Of a DNA stretch of 64,000 nucleotides, positions 47,826 through 56,034 are shown in pieces. The position numbers and the translations under genes were made by a program. Within the stretch, counting starts at the first letter, position 1. The number at the start of each line of letters is the position of its first letter. Location: positions 6,709-70,708 of the forward strand of contig CAYFIW010000001.1 of NCBI GenBank assembly GCA_964343265.1. The letters are read 5' to 3'. The notes below the pieces were generated by a model. That model was not told where the DNA came from and made no database searches. It worked only from the letters and a program-made list of their open reading frames with translations. The DNA is from an uncultured Dehalococcoidia bacterium. GTDB taxonomy: Bacteria; Chloroflexota; Dehalococcoidia; Lucifugimonadales; UBA826.

Positions 47826-49154
47826 ATGATCGATAAAGTAAAAATAACAATTAAGAGTGGGGATGGCGGGGATGGTGCTGTAAGTGGTAGACATGAAAAA
47901 TTCGTGCCTAGAGGTGGCCCTGATGGCGGAGACGGAGGAAAAGGAGGAGACATTGTCATTATTGGAGATACTAATGAGAACACTCTACTGGGCTTTAGAT
48001 ATAAAAGAAATTTTGCTGCTGGTCACGGAGGAAATGGCGCAGGAGCTAAAAAACATGGGGCAGATGGTAAAGACGTATTAATACCGGTACCTCTAGGAAC
48101 TCAACTCGTTGATCAAAACCAAAACATCATTGCGGATGTGGAGAGAAATGGCCAGAAATTTGTAGTAGCTAATGGTGGAAGAGGTGGCTATGGAAATGTT
48201 AAATATGCCTCATCAACGAATCAATATCCGGTAATTGCGCAAGCAGGTGAAACAGGGGAAGAGTTTGAAATAAGCCTTGAACTCAAGTTGTTAGCAGATG
48301 TAGGTATAGTAGGGAAACCAAACGCAGGCAAGTCGACACTGTTGTCTTTCGTGACGGAAGCTACTCCTAAAATAGCTAACTACCCTTTTACAACCCTAGA
48401 ACCTAATCTTGGTGTAGTTGATCATAGAGATATGGACTTTGTGATGGTAGATATACCTGGCCTGATTGAGGGAGCAAGTGAAGGAATAGGGCTGGGACAT
48501 GAATTCCTAAGACATATAGAACGTACAAAAGTATTGGTTCATTTAGTTGATGGATCGGATGAAGACCCAGAGGATTCCTATAACCAGATTATCAGTGAAT
48601 TAAAATTTTACGATGAGAGTTTATTAGATAGGCCGAGGGTTGTTGCGATAAACAAGATAGATATCAACGACGTTAGAGTTTTGATAGACGACATAGTCGA
48701 TGTTATTAAAGATAATGATGTTAACTGTCATATTATCTCTTCGGCGACAGGTGAAGGAGTTGAATCTCTAATGGACGAAGTAGTTCGACTTTTGGAAGCA
48801 CCAGAGGTTGAGATTAACAGAGGTTTTAGACCTTTGTTTAACAAACCAAAAATAGATTTGGAATCTACAAACTTTGTTGCTGATTCAACGACAAATTTTG
48901 ATGAAGATTTGCCTGTTATTAGGCCTGAACCTCGTAGGAGAGGAGTCCGTGTTCACGTCCAAAATGAAGTTTTCATTGTCGATGCCCCAGGTGTTGAAAG
49001 AATTGCTCAAAGAATCGATTACGAAGATTGGAAAGCAAGGATGCAATTCTATAAGCACCTACAAAAAACAGGGGTTGTCAGAGCCTTAGAAGAAGCAGGA
49101 ATACAGGCTGGGGACACTGTTCAAATAGGAGCAGTTGAATGGGAATGGGACTAA
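47826..49154 (+). CDS. obg: GTPase Obg/CgtA with a C-terminal OCT domain
   Basis: Gly-rich Obg fold GDGGDGAVS...GGPDGGDGGKGGDIV, G1 GKPNAGKST, G3 DIPG and G4 NKID. The C-terminus VERIAQRIDYED...VQIGAVEWEW is the OCT domain. Confidence 0.95.
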   Translation: MIDKVKITIKSGDGGDGAVSGRHEKFVPRGGPDGGDGGKGGDIVIIGDTNENTLLGFRYKRNFAAGHGGNGAGAKKHGADGKDVLIPVPLGTQLVDQNQNIIADVERNGQKFVVANGGRGGYGNVKYASSTNQYPVIAQAGETGEEFEISLELKLLADVGIVGKPNAGKSTLLSFVTEATPKIANYPFTTLEPNLGVVDHRDMDFVMVDIPGLIEGASEGIGLGHEFLRHIERTKVLVHLVDGSDEDPEDSYNQIISELKFYDESLLDRPRVVAINKIDINDVRVLIDDIVDVIKDNDVNCHIISSATGEGVESLMDEVVRLLEAPEVEINRGFRPLFNKPKIDLESTNFVADSTTNFDEDLPVIRPEPRRRGVRVHVQNEVFIVDAPGVERIAQRIDYEDWKARMQFYKHLQKTGVVRALEEAGIQAGDTVQIGAVEWEWD

Positions 49155-49218
49155 ATGGCTGTCACTTGATCAAGTAAGTGACATCTAACCGTCCTTACTG
49201 GGTTATAATTTCTCTCAT

Positions 49219-49293
49219 GCCGACGTAGCTCAGTGGTAGAGCAGCTGTTTTGTAAACAGCAGGTCATCAGTTCAATCCTGATCGTCGGCTCCA
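49219..49293 (+). tRNA. tRNA-Thr (anticodon UGU), CCA encoded
   Basis: Hand-folded cloverleaf: acceptor GCCGACG/CGTCGGC, D arm GCTC-AGTGGTA-GAGC, anticodon arm GCTGT-TTTGTAA-ACAGC, T arm ATCAG-TTCAATC-CTGAT, and discriminator T followed by CCA. Confidence 0.9.
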
Positions 49294-49299
49294 CCTAAT

Positions 49300-50556
49300 T
49301 TAGTCTAAGATTTTTTCGAACGCCTTTCGGAGACGTTTTCCTGACTCCTCAATATGTTCAAATGAAGCCCTAGTGAAAGCTAGCCTGAAGTGATCGTCAT
49401 TGGGTTCTTTATCTACGAAGAACACATTACCCTCGGGGAAAATTAGGCCCTCATCCGTCGCGGCTTTTACCAATTCGCTAGCTTTACCCAAGCGGGCTCT
49501 AACCCACAGGAAATATCCCCCCTCTGGAGTATCTACCTCGGTGTATGGTTCGCAATGCGTTTTCAGAGACTCAAGCATAGCGAAACATTTTTCTCTATAC
49601 AGTTTCCTCATGGATTCAACGTGAGTGTCGAGACGACCCGATTTAATAAAATCTTCTAGAACAAAATGAACTAGAGGGCTGTTTCCCATATCAAATCGGA
49701 CGCGCGTAAGAACATCCGCATAATCTTTTCTCGCTTGGATCCATCCCGCACGCAAGCCAGTAGCAATTATCTTGCTAAAGCTACACATTCTCAATACACC
49801 GTGACCATCTGATAGCGCATAGTAGGAAGGAGGAGGTGGGACGTCATAATGAAGTTCAGAATAGGCTGCGTCCTCAGCTACAATAATTTTATGTTCACCG
49901 CAGGTTTGTAGAATGGATTGCCTAATCTCTAAATCGGTGACATTCCCCATTGGGTTGTGGTAGTCCGGGATTGTATAAAAAAGCTTTACTCTTTTCCCTT
50001 GGGATTTTAGTTGGAGGACCGTTTCTGCGAACAGATCAGGATCTATACCATGTCTATTCATCGGGACTTCAACAACCTCTGCTTGATAACCGAGTATAGC
50101 CCTAACGGTACCTGAGTAGCTAGGCGATTCTACAATTACAACATCCCCTGGTTGTACAAAAGCTCGGAGAATGTTCTCTAAACATCCTGAGGATCCGTTG
50201 TGCATTATTATGTTGGACTCCGTTAAGTGTGTGCCTTCGAGTTTGTTTTGCCTCTCGGCTATTGCCTCTCGACATCCACTGTATCCAAACCAACCCCCAT
50301 ACATTAAAGACTCAGCAGATTGATTTTTAATCGCCTTTGTGAATCCCTGTATTAGGTCATCAATCGGTAAGGCTGTGTCATCGGGTATTCCTCCGGCTAG
50401 GAAAATGGGATCAGGGTGATTTGTGGGTATTTTTCCGAATCTTCCCGAATCAGTTGCACTTCCTGCTTCTATTCCTTGGGCAGCCTCAGAAAGCAACGAT
50501 TCTACGTCTAGAGATGACCATCTATCGGTAAGCGATTTTTTGTTGAAGCTAAGCAA
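49300..50556 (-). CDS. PLP-dependent aminotransferase, class I/II fold
   Basis: Segment SFSKIIATGLRAGW (PLP Lys) and an N..NP.G motif (YHNPMGN). TTG start. Confidence 0.8.
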   Translation of the reverse strand: MLSFNKKSLTDRWSSLDVESLLSEAAQGIEAGSATDSGRFGKIPTNHPDPIFLAGGIPDDTALPIDDLIQGFTKAIKNQSAESLMYGGWFGYSGCREAIAERQNKLEGTHLTESNIIMHNGSSGCLENILRAFVQPGDVVIVESPSYSGTVRAILGYQAEVVEVPMNRHGIDPDLFAETVLQLKSQGKRVKLFYTIPDYHNPMGNVTDLEIRQSILQTCGEHKIIVAEDAAYSELHYDVPPPPSYYALSDGHGVLRMCSFSKIIATGLRAGWIQARKDYADVLTRVRFDMGNSPLVHFVLEDFIKSGRLDTHVESMRKLYREKCFAMLESLKTHCEPYTEVDTPEGGYFLWVRARLGKASELVKAATDEGLIFPEGNVFFVDKEPNDDHFRLAFTRASFEHIEESGKRLRKAFEKILD

Positions 50557-51091
50557 TTCTAATACCTTACTGTGATACCTGTATATTCTCGATAACCGTT
50601 AAATCAATTCCGCGCATAGAATTCTTCGACAACTATGTGACCTTGAAAATTAGTCCGTAAATGTTACTCACCGAAGGTTACTTTGGCAAAATATTTTGCC
50701 AGAAAGAGGTTAATTTTTTAAAAAACAGAAAGATATTAGGCCAATAAAACTGATTTGTTTTTTGATTTTGATTGATAAAACTCGAAAATTTGCTAGACTA
50801 TCACCCCTGTTTTAAATGAAACGGGATGTAAATTAGCGATATGTTTCACAAATAGGCTATTTTTCTTCACGAATAATTGAAGATTCAGGTTAAAAATTTA
50901 TTAGTAAGACGTTGAAACTGGTTTAATCCATGTTAAGGTGAATGCTCGGGTTGAAGAAACCTCGCCTCGAATATATGGTGATTGGTAAACATAGTATGCC
51001 AATGGGCTATCATAAAAGTTGAATGGGATGGTAACATCGCCAAGTTAAGAAAGTTTTAGAAAAGTACGGACTAGTCATGAGGGTTTAAGAA

Positions 51092-51898
51092 ATGAGTATT
51101 GGACGAAAATTTACAATCGCCCTGCTTGCTTTGTTTTCGATCTTGGGAGTGGCATGCGGATCTTCGGGCTCTAGTGAATCAGAATCAGACCTCGGTTCTG
51201 GTACATCTAATAGGGTCTCCACAACAGCTTCGTCGCTTTTCCCAGACGGGACTCTTGCAAAAAACATCAGGCTGAAATTGAATTTACCTGAAGGGGCGGA
51301 CATTCCTGCAGATACGGACTTCACGCAATTTACAGTTTTCAATGCGGCGCTTGAGTTGTATATTGAAGATCTGACCGGTTTAGAGAGATTGTCCAATCTT
51401 GAAGATTTGGATCTTGCTCAAAATAAACTTGTTGATATTACTCAGGTTGGCCAGCTGACTAAAATGAAACGACTTAACCTCAGCCAGAATGCTATTGTCG
51501 ATATCTCGGCCTTGGCACCGTTGACAGATGTGTATTATCTTCATCTTATGCAGAATCAAATAGCTGATATCTCTGCTTTGGCTGGTATGACAGAGATAAC
51601 AGAGATAAACATACAAGATAACTTGATTAGTGATATTTCACCTCTAGCCAACATGAAAGGTTTAGAGGTAATCAGATTGAATACAAACCAAATAACTGAT
51701 TTGTCACCTCTGGCGGGTCTTCCAAATGTTAAGGCGTTGGAATTTTCAAAGAATAATGTGACTGACTTGTCTCCCCTTCTAGAGGCGGGATGGGGCGAAG
51801 GGACTGAGATTAGGTGTTGGGGAGTTCCATTAGACGATAATTCAATCAATAACGTTATCCCTGCGCTTGAAGCAGCAGGCGTCGATGTTAAATTTTAG
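51092..51898 (+). CDS. Leucine-rich-repeat (internalin-like 22-residue LRR) lipoprotein
   Basis: Lipobox LGVAC-GSS. There are about 7 tandem repeats of L..L..L.L..N.I.DIS.L (nt ~51374-51797). Confidence 0.8.
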   Translation: MSIGRKFTIALLALFSILGVACGSSGSSESESDLGSGTSNRVSTTASSLFPDGTLAKNIRLKLNLPEGADIPADTDFTQFTVFNAALELYIEDLTGLERLSNLEDLDLAQNKLVDITQVGQLTKMKRLNLSQNAIVDISALAPLTDVYYLHLMQNQIADISALAGMTEITEINIQDNLISDISPLANMKGLEVIRLNTNQITDLSPLAGLPNVKALEFSKNNVTDLSPLLEAGWGEGTEIRCWGVPLDDNSINNVIPALEAAGVDVKF

Positions 51899-51913
51899 AG
51901 GTTAAATAGCAGT

Positions 51914-52879
51914 ATGCGAACTTATATAGCCAGAAGGCTGCTCTTACTTTTTCCTACAGTGCTCATAGTGGTAGCTTTGGTGATGGTAATTATCAGGCTC
52001 ATACCAGGGGACGCGATAGACGTTCTAGTAGGCCAGATGGACTTATCAGGTAAGGAAAATAGAGCAGAACTTCGAGCACAATTAGAAAAAGAATTGGGAT
52101 TGGATGCACCAATATACATACAGTATTTGAGATTCTGGAAGGATGTCATTCTTCATGGGAATCTAGGAGAGTCTATATTTATTGGTGGTCCAGTAAGGGA
52201 TCACGTCGTGGAGAGACTTCCAATAACTTTTCAATTGGGGGTTATGGCCCTGATAATAGCAATGCTTATATCGTTTCCTGTGGCTATTTATTCTGCGATT
52301 AGGCAGGATACCATAGGGGATTATCTTGCTAGAAGTATAGCCATTTTATTGATCAGTGTTCCTTCCTTTTGGGTTGGTATTATGTGCGTTGTGTTCCCGT
52401 CGGTTTGGTGGGGGTGGTCACCTCCGATAATAAACATATCTCTGTGGGATGATCCATGGGGTAATTTTAAGATGTACATACTTCCAGCAGCGATTATGGG
52501 AATGGCAATTAACGGCGTTAATATGAGACTTATGAGGACGATGATGCTTGAGGTGGTGAGAGAAGACTACATCAGAACCGCATATTCTAAGGGACTTGTG
52601 GAAAGAGTGGTTGTTCTCCGACATGCCGTCAAAAACGCATTGATTCCTGTTGTAACCGTGATAGGGCTGAATGTACCGGTTGTAGTTGGCGGGTCAATTA
52701 TTATTGAACAGATCTTTGGTCTTCCGGGAATGGGAAGATTAGCCGTTGAAGCGGCCTTCATTAGAGATTTCCCGTTGATGGTAGGGGTGGCGTTAGTGTT
52801 TAGCATATTCGCACTTATTATCATTCTAATAACAGACATAAGTTACGCTCTACTTGATCCGAGGATTAGGTACAGTTAG
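51914..52879 (+). CDS. ABC transporter permease (DppB/OppB-type)
   Basis: N-terminus YIARRLLLLFPTVLIVVALVMVIIRLIPGD, and an EAA-like loop VREDYIRTAYSKGL. Confidence 0.9.
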   Translation: MRTYIARRLLLLFPTVLIVVALVMVIIRLIPGDAIDVLVGQMDLSGKENRAELRAQLEKELGLDAPIYIQYLRFWKDVILHGNLGESIFIGGPVRDHVVERLPITFQLGVMALIIAMLISFPVAIYSAIRQDTIGDYLARSIAILLISVPSFWVGIMCVVFPSVWWGWSPPIINISLWDDPWGNFKMYILPAAIMGMAINGVNMRLMRTMMLEVVREDYIRTAYSKGLVERVVVLRHAVKNALIPVVTVIGLNVPVVVGGSIIIEQIFGLPGMGRLAVEAAFIRDFPLMVGVALVFSIFALIIILITDISYALLDPRIRYS

Positions 52880-52896
52880 AAGAGGACTTCGATAAT

Positions 52897-53832
52897 ATGG
52901 TTGAAAGTACAGTAGATAACCAGCCAGGGTCTGAAATAGAGTTTCCTGGACAAAGAAGAAAGAAATTAAACCCGTTTGCTCAATTTTTTGTAAGGCTCTA
53001 TCGAGAAAAACCGCTTGGAACCGCTTCGGCCGTCATAGTAATGATATTTTTCTTTGTCGGCGTGTTCGCTAACTTTGTTGCTCCATATGGTTTCAATGAA
53101 CAATTTAGAGGTGAATATCTTGAAGGGCCGTCCTGGAAGCATCTGTTGGGTACAGATAATCTGGGGAGAGACATATTCAGTAGAATTGTCTATGGGGCAA
53201 GGATTTCGATGATTGTTGGGGTTGTGGGTAGTGTATTCTCGCTCATAATATCTTTGCTAATTGGATTGCCTTCCGGCTATTTCGGAGGGAAATTTGACCT
53301 TATAGTACAAAGAGTAATCGACTCATGGATTTGTCTCCCTGAACTCATCATATTGATATTGATGGTAGCTGTTGTTGGTCCGGGTTTGTGGACTATCGTA
53401 TTTATCTTGGGTATATCGTATGGCTTAGGTGGATCAAGGTCTGTGAGGGGTGCTGTGATAGGTATTAGAGAGAATGCCTATGTTGAGGCAGCCGAGGCAA
53501 ATGGAGCCAATACGCCGCGAATTCTTTTAAGGCATCTGCTTCCTAACGTTGCCCCATTCCTTCTGGTACTTGTGACTACAAGGATGCCTGGCATGATGTT
53601 ATCGGAAGCCGGTCTGAGTTTCCTTGGTTTAGGAGTTCCTCCTCCGGCACCGAGTTGGGGAGGAATGCTTAGTGGCTCGGGAATGAATCATATATTCTCG
53701 TCGCCTATGTTGTCCGTATGGCCTGGCCTGGTGCTTAGCATTGTGGTTTATGGAAGTAACATGTTTGGGGATGCTTTGAGAGACCTTCTAGATCCTCGCT
53801 TGAGAGGCAAAGGAAGTGGGGGAGGATTTTAA
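52897..53832 (+). CDS. ABC transporter permease (DppC/OppC-type)
   Basis: Segments HLLGTDNLGRDIFSRIVYGARIS and ENAYVEAAEANGA. Confidence 0.9.
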   Translation: MVESTVDNQPGSEIEFPGQRRKKLNPFAQFFVRLYREKPLGTASAVIVMIFFFVGVFANFVAPYGFNEQFRGEYLEGPSWKHLLGTDNLGRDIFSRIVYGARISMIVGVVGSVFSLIISLLIGLPSGYFGGKFDLIVQRVIDSWICLPELIILILMVAVVGPGLWTIVFILGISYGLGGSRSVRGAVIGIRENAYVEAAEANGANTPRILLRHLLPNVAPFLLVLVTTRMPGMMLSEAGLSFLGLGVPPPAPSWGGMLSGSGMNHIFSSPMLSVWPGLVLSIVVYGSNMFGDALRDLLDPRLRGKGSGGGF

Positions 53833-54030
53833 ACCCACGCACAAAATAGGTTTGGATAACTTTAATATTCGGTTAATACCCCTTTAAAATTTGAATACTG
53901 CTGTGATATAGTGTCCGCTGCGAACTTTGGATTCGTCATTTTATGACTGATTCAAATTCAGTTGGTTTTCAGATTTTCTGTTAGGAAGATTAGAAAAATA
54001 GTAGCTTTAATTAGCTTGAGGAGAAAAAAT

Positions 54031-55950
54031 ATGAGTATTGGACGAAAGTACGGGATTGCGGTTTTGGCTCTAGTGGCCTTGATCTCGATCATCGGGACTG
54101 CGTGTAGTTCTGCTGATGATGAAGCAGAAGCTCCTGCAGCCCCTGCTGCTGCCGCCCCGGCACCTGCCGCGGCTGCCCCAGCACCTGCTGCTGCTGCACC
54201 AGCAGCCCCTGCTGCACCAGCCCCTGCTGCACCAGCAGCGAATCCTACTGCTGTACCAGCAAAGCCGGTGCAAGGTGTTACAACGGCACCTAAAAAGCTA
54301 TCGGAATCTGTCAAGGTGGTTGAGACCACAGGCGGACCTGAGTATGGTGGAACATTAAGAGTTGTTCTGGGTGCTGACCCAGGATCAAAGTGGGATATGT
54401 GCGAGTTCAAGGCGCAGAGTATGCTTTCATACCCTGTTGAGAACTTCCTAATGGGTGACTATCACAAAGGCCCATCTGGAGATGGATCCACAACATTCCA
54501 ACCACGTCTTGGTATTGGTACGGACAAGCTTGCTATCGGCGCCCTAGCTGATGCATGGGAAGTTCCAGACCCATTAACCTATAGCTTCCATTTGAGAGAA
54601 GGCATAAAGTGGCAGCCTAACGAAGTAACTAACGGTAGGCCTGTCAATGTCGACGAACTCGTTGCTGAAGCAATAAGAATTTGGGATTGCAGATTCCCCA
54701 GACACGACTTTGTTGATGACATAACCGGTGATGACACGGATGGTGACGGTGTAAATGACACCCTTACCTTCCACACAAACATGCCTATATCCTTCTGGGG
54801 ATATGAGTTTGCTTGGGGTCCATATTTCATATATGCACCGCCGGAAACCATTGAACTTGGTACTGACAACCCAGACAACCAGTCGGGTACAGGCCCATGG
54901 ATGACAAAAGACTACACAGCTGGTAGCACAATTGAGTTCGAAAAGAACCCAGATTACTGGCAAAAGTACACCTATGAAGGTGAGACATATGATCTTCCTT
55001 TCCTAGACGGTGTGACAGAAGTTATTATTCCTCAGGAAGCCACTAGGCTTGCTGCTATCAGGACTGGTCAAGTAGACCACGTCATGAGGGTGAGAACTGC
55101 TGACAGGCCTGTACTTGAGAAGTCTAATCCTGAATTAGGAAGAGCTCTTGCTCTAGAAGACTCATTTGGCTACTTCATGCCTATGAACAAGCCTCCATTT
55201 GACGATATCAGAGTCAGGAAGGCTATGAGCATGGCTATTGATAGACAGGTATACACTGACGCTCTATTTGAGGGTGACTCTGTTGTCTTGTCTTTCCCAT
55301 TACAGCCTGAGTGGCCATTGCACTACGAGTCACTTGAAGAACAGCCCGCTGATGTTCAGGAAGGATTTGCCTATGACCCAGCTGGCGCAGAAGCTTTGCT
55401 GGATGAGGCCGGCCTTACCAGAGATGGTGATGGCGTTCGATTTGAAATTGACATGTTGATTAGGAATACCAATCAGATGGAACTAGAAGCTGCTGAAATA
55501 TCAGTTGGTTTCTGGGATGACATCGGAGTTAAGGTAAACCTCGAGCTTGTTGATGGTCCTGTTCACCAGAGCAGACTATTTGAGAAGCAGTTTGACTTCT
55601 TTGCAAATAACGTAACAGGGCGACCTAACGCTTTGAATGACTTCAGAGCGGGACACCAGTGGAATAGGTCAAACCTGAACGACACAGACTTCCACGAAAT
55701 GTGGGACGACGTGCTTGTTGCAACCGACTCGGCCAAGCAGGCTCAGTTGATCAAAGAAGCCGCGACAGGCTACCTGAAACTATTCCCGTCGGTCCACACA
55801 CCGGCTGGTCTAGGTGGTGACTACTGGCAACCCTGGTTGAAGAACCACAATGGTGAGCGTGTATTGGCATTCGTCGACTACGCTTCCAGGTGGATGTACG
55901 TCTGGGTTGATCGGGAGCACAGAGAAAGAGAGACTGGTTTCGCTGACTAA
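54031..55950 (+). CDS. ABC transporter substrate-binding lipoprotein, family 5 (peptide/nickel/opine type) with an Ala/Pro-rich tether
   Basis: The ATG at 54031 is preceded by GAGGAG. Lipobox IGTAC-SS. A 37-residue A/P linker is followed by an SBP_bac_5-like body (YTFHLREGIKW-type segment SFHLREGIKWQ). The track start at 53962 is an over-extension. Confidence 0.85.
   Translation: MSIGRKYGIAVLALVALISIIGTACSSADDEAEAPAAPAAAAPAPAAAAPAPAAAAPAAPAAPAPAAPAANPTAVPAKPVQGVTTAPKKLSESVKVVETTGGPEYGGTLRVVLGADPGSKWDMCEFKAQSMLSYPVENFLMGDYHKGPSGDGSTTFQPRLGIGTDKLAIGALADAWEVPDPLTYSFHLREGIKWQPNEVTNGRPVNVDELVAEAIRIWDCRFPRHDFVDDITGDDTDGDGVNDTLTFHTNMPISFWGYEFAWGPYFIYAPPETIELGTDNPDNQSGTGPWMTKDYTAGSTIEFEKNPDYWQKYTYEGETYDLPFLDGVTEVIIPQEATRLAAIRTGQVDHVMRVRTADRPVLEKSNPELGRALALEDSFGYFMPMNKPPFDDIRVRKAMSMAIDRQVYTDALFEGDSVVLSFPLQPEWPLHYESLEEQPADVQEGFAYDPAGAEALLDEAGLTRDGDGVRFEIDMLIRNTNQMELEAAEISVGFWDDIGVKVNLELVDGPVHQSRLFEKQFDFFANNVTGRPNALNDFRAGHQWNRSNLNDTDFHEMWDDVLVATDSAKQAQLIKEAATGYLKLFPSVHTPAGLGGDYWQPWLKNHNGERVLAFVDYASRWMYVWVDREHRERETGFAD
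54130..54240 (+). repeat. GC-rich low-complexity tract (GCN/CCN codons) encoding the Ala/Pro linker
   Basis: Protein sequence APAAPAAAAPAPAAAAPAPAAAAPAAPAAPAPAAPAA. It includes an imperfect 21-nt duplication (GCACCTGCCGCGGCTGCCCCA / GCACCTGCTGCTGCTGCACCA). It stands out strongly against the AT-rich background. Confidence 0.9.
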
Positions 55951-55977
55951 TCTCTCCGACTAACACACGATAAGTGT

Positions 55978-56020
55978 GGGGGTGTGATGGCTATAAGTCG
56001 TCACACCCCTCTTTAGTTTT
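55978..56020 (+). terminator. Rho-independent terminator after the ABC binding-protein gene
   Basis: GGGGTGTGA-13 nt-TCACACCCC forms a perfect 9-bp GC-rich stem, followed by TCTTTAGTTTT. Confidence 0.8.
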
Positions 56021-56034
56021 AGGCAGAGCACTTT

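Noticed and set aside
47679-47894. 71-aa minus-strand ORF spanning the obg promoter and start
   Set aside because: It overlaps the well-supported obg N-terminus in antisense. It is an AT-rich, Ile/Phe/Asn-rich low-complexity translation.
49219-51091. tRNA-Thr as an integration site for a genomic island, given the AT-rich region and accessory genes downstream
   Set aside because: There is no integrase, no direct repeat of the tRNA 3' end that I could find by eye, and no compositional break apart from the intergenic AT-richness.
53958-54410. 150-aa minus-strand ORF rich in Ala/Gly (plus small ORFs at 54070-54273 and 54116-54358)
   Set aside because: It is the antisense reading of the GC-rich Ala/Pro linker of the substrate-binding protein. 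The low-complexity sequence simply keeps frames open. The plus-strand gene has a signal peptide, a lipobox and an SBP body.
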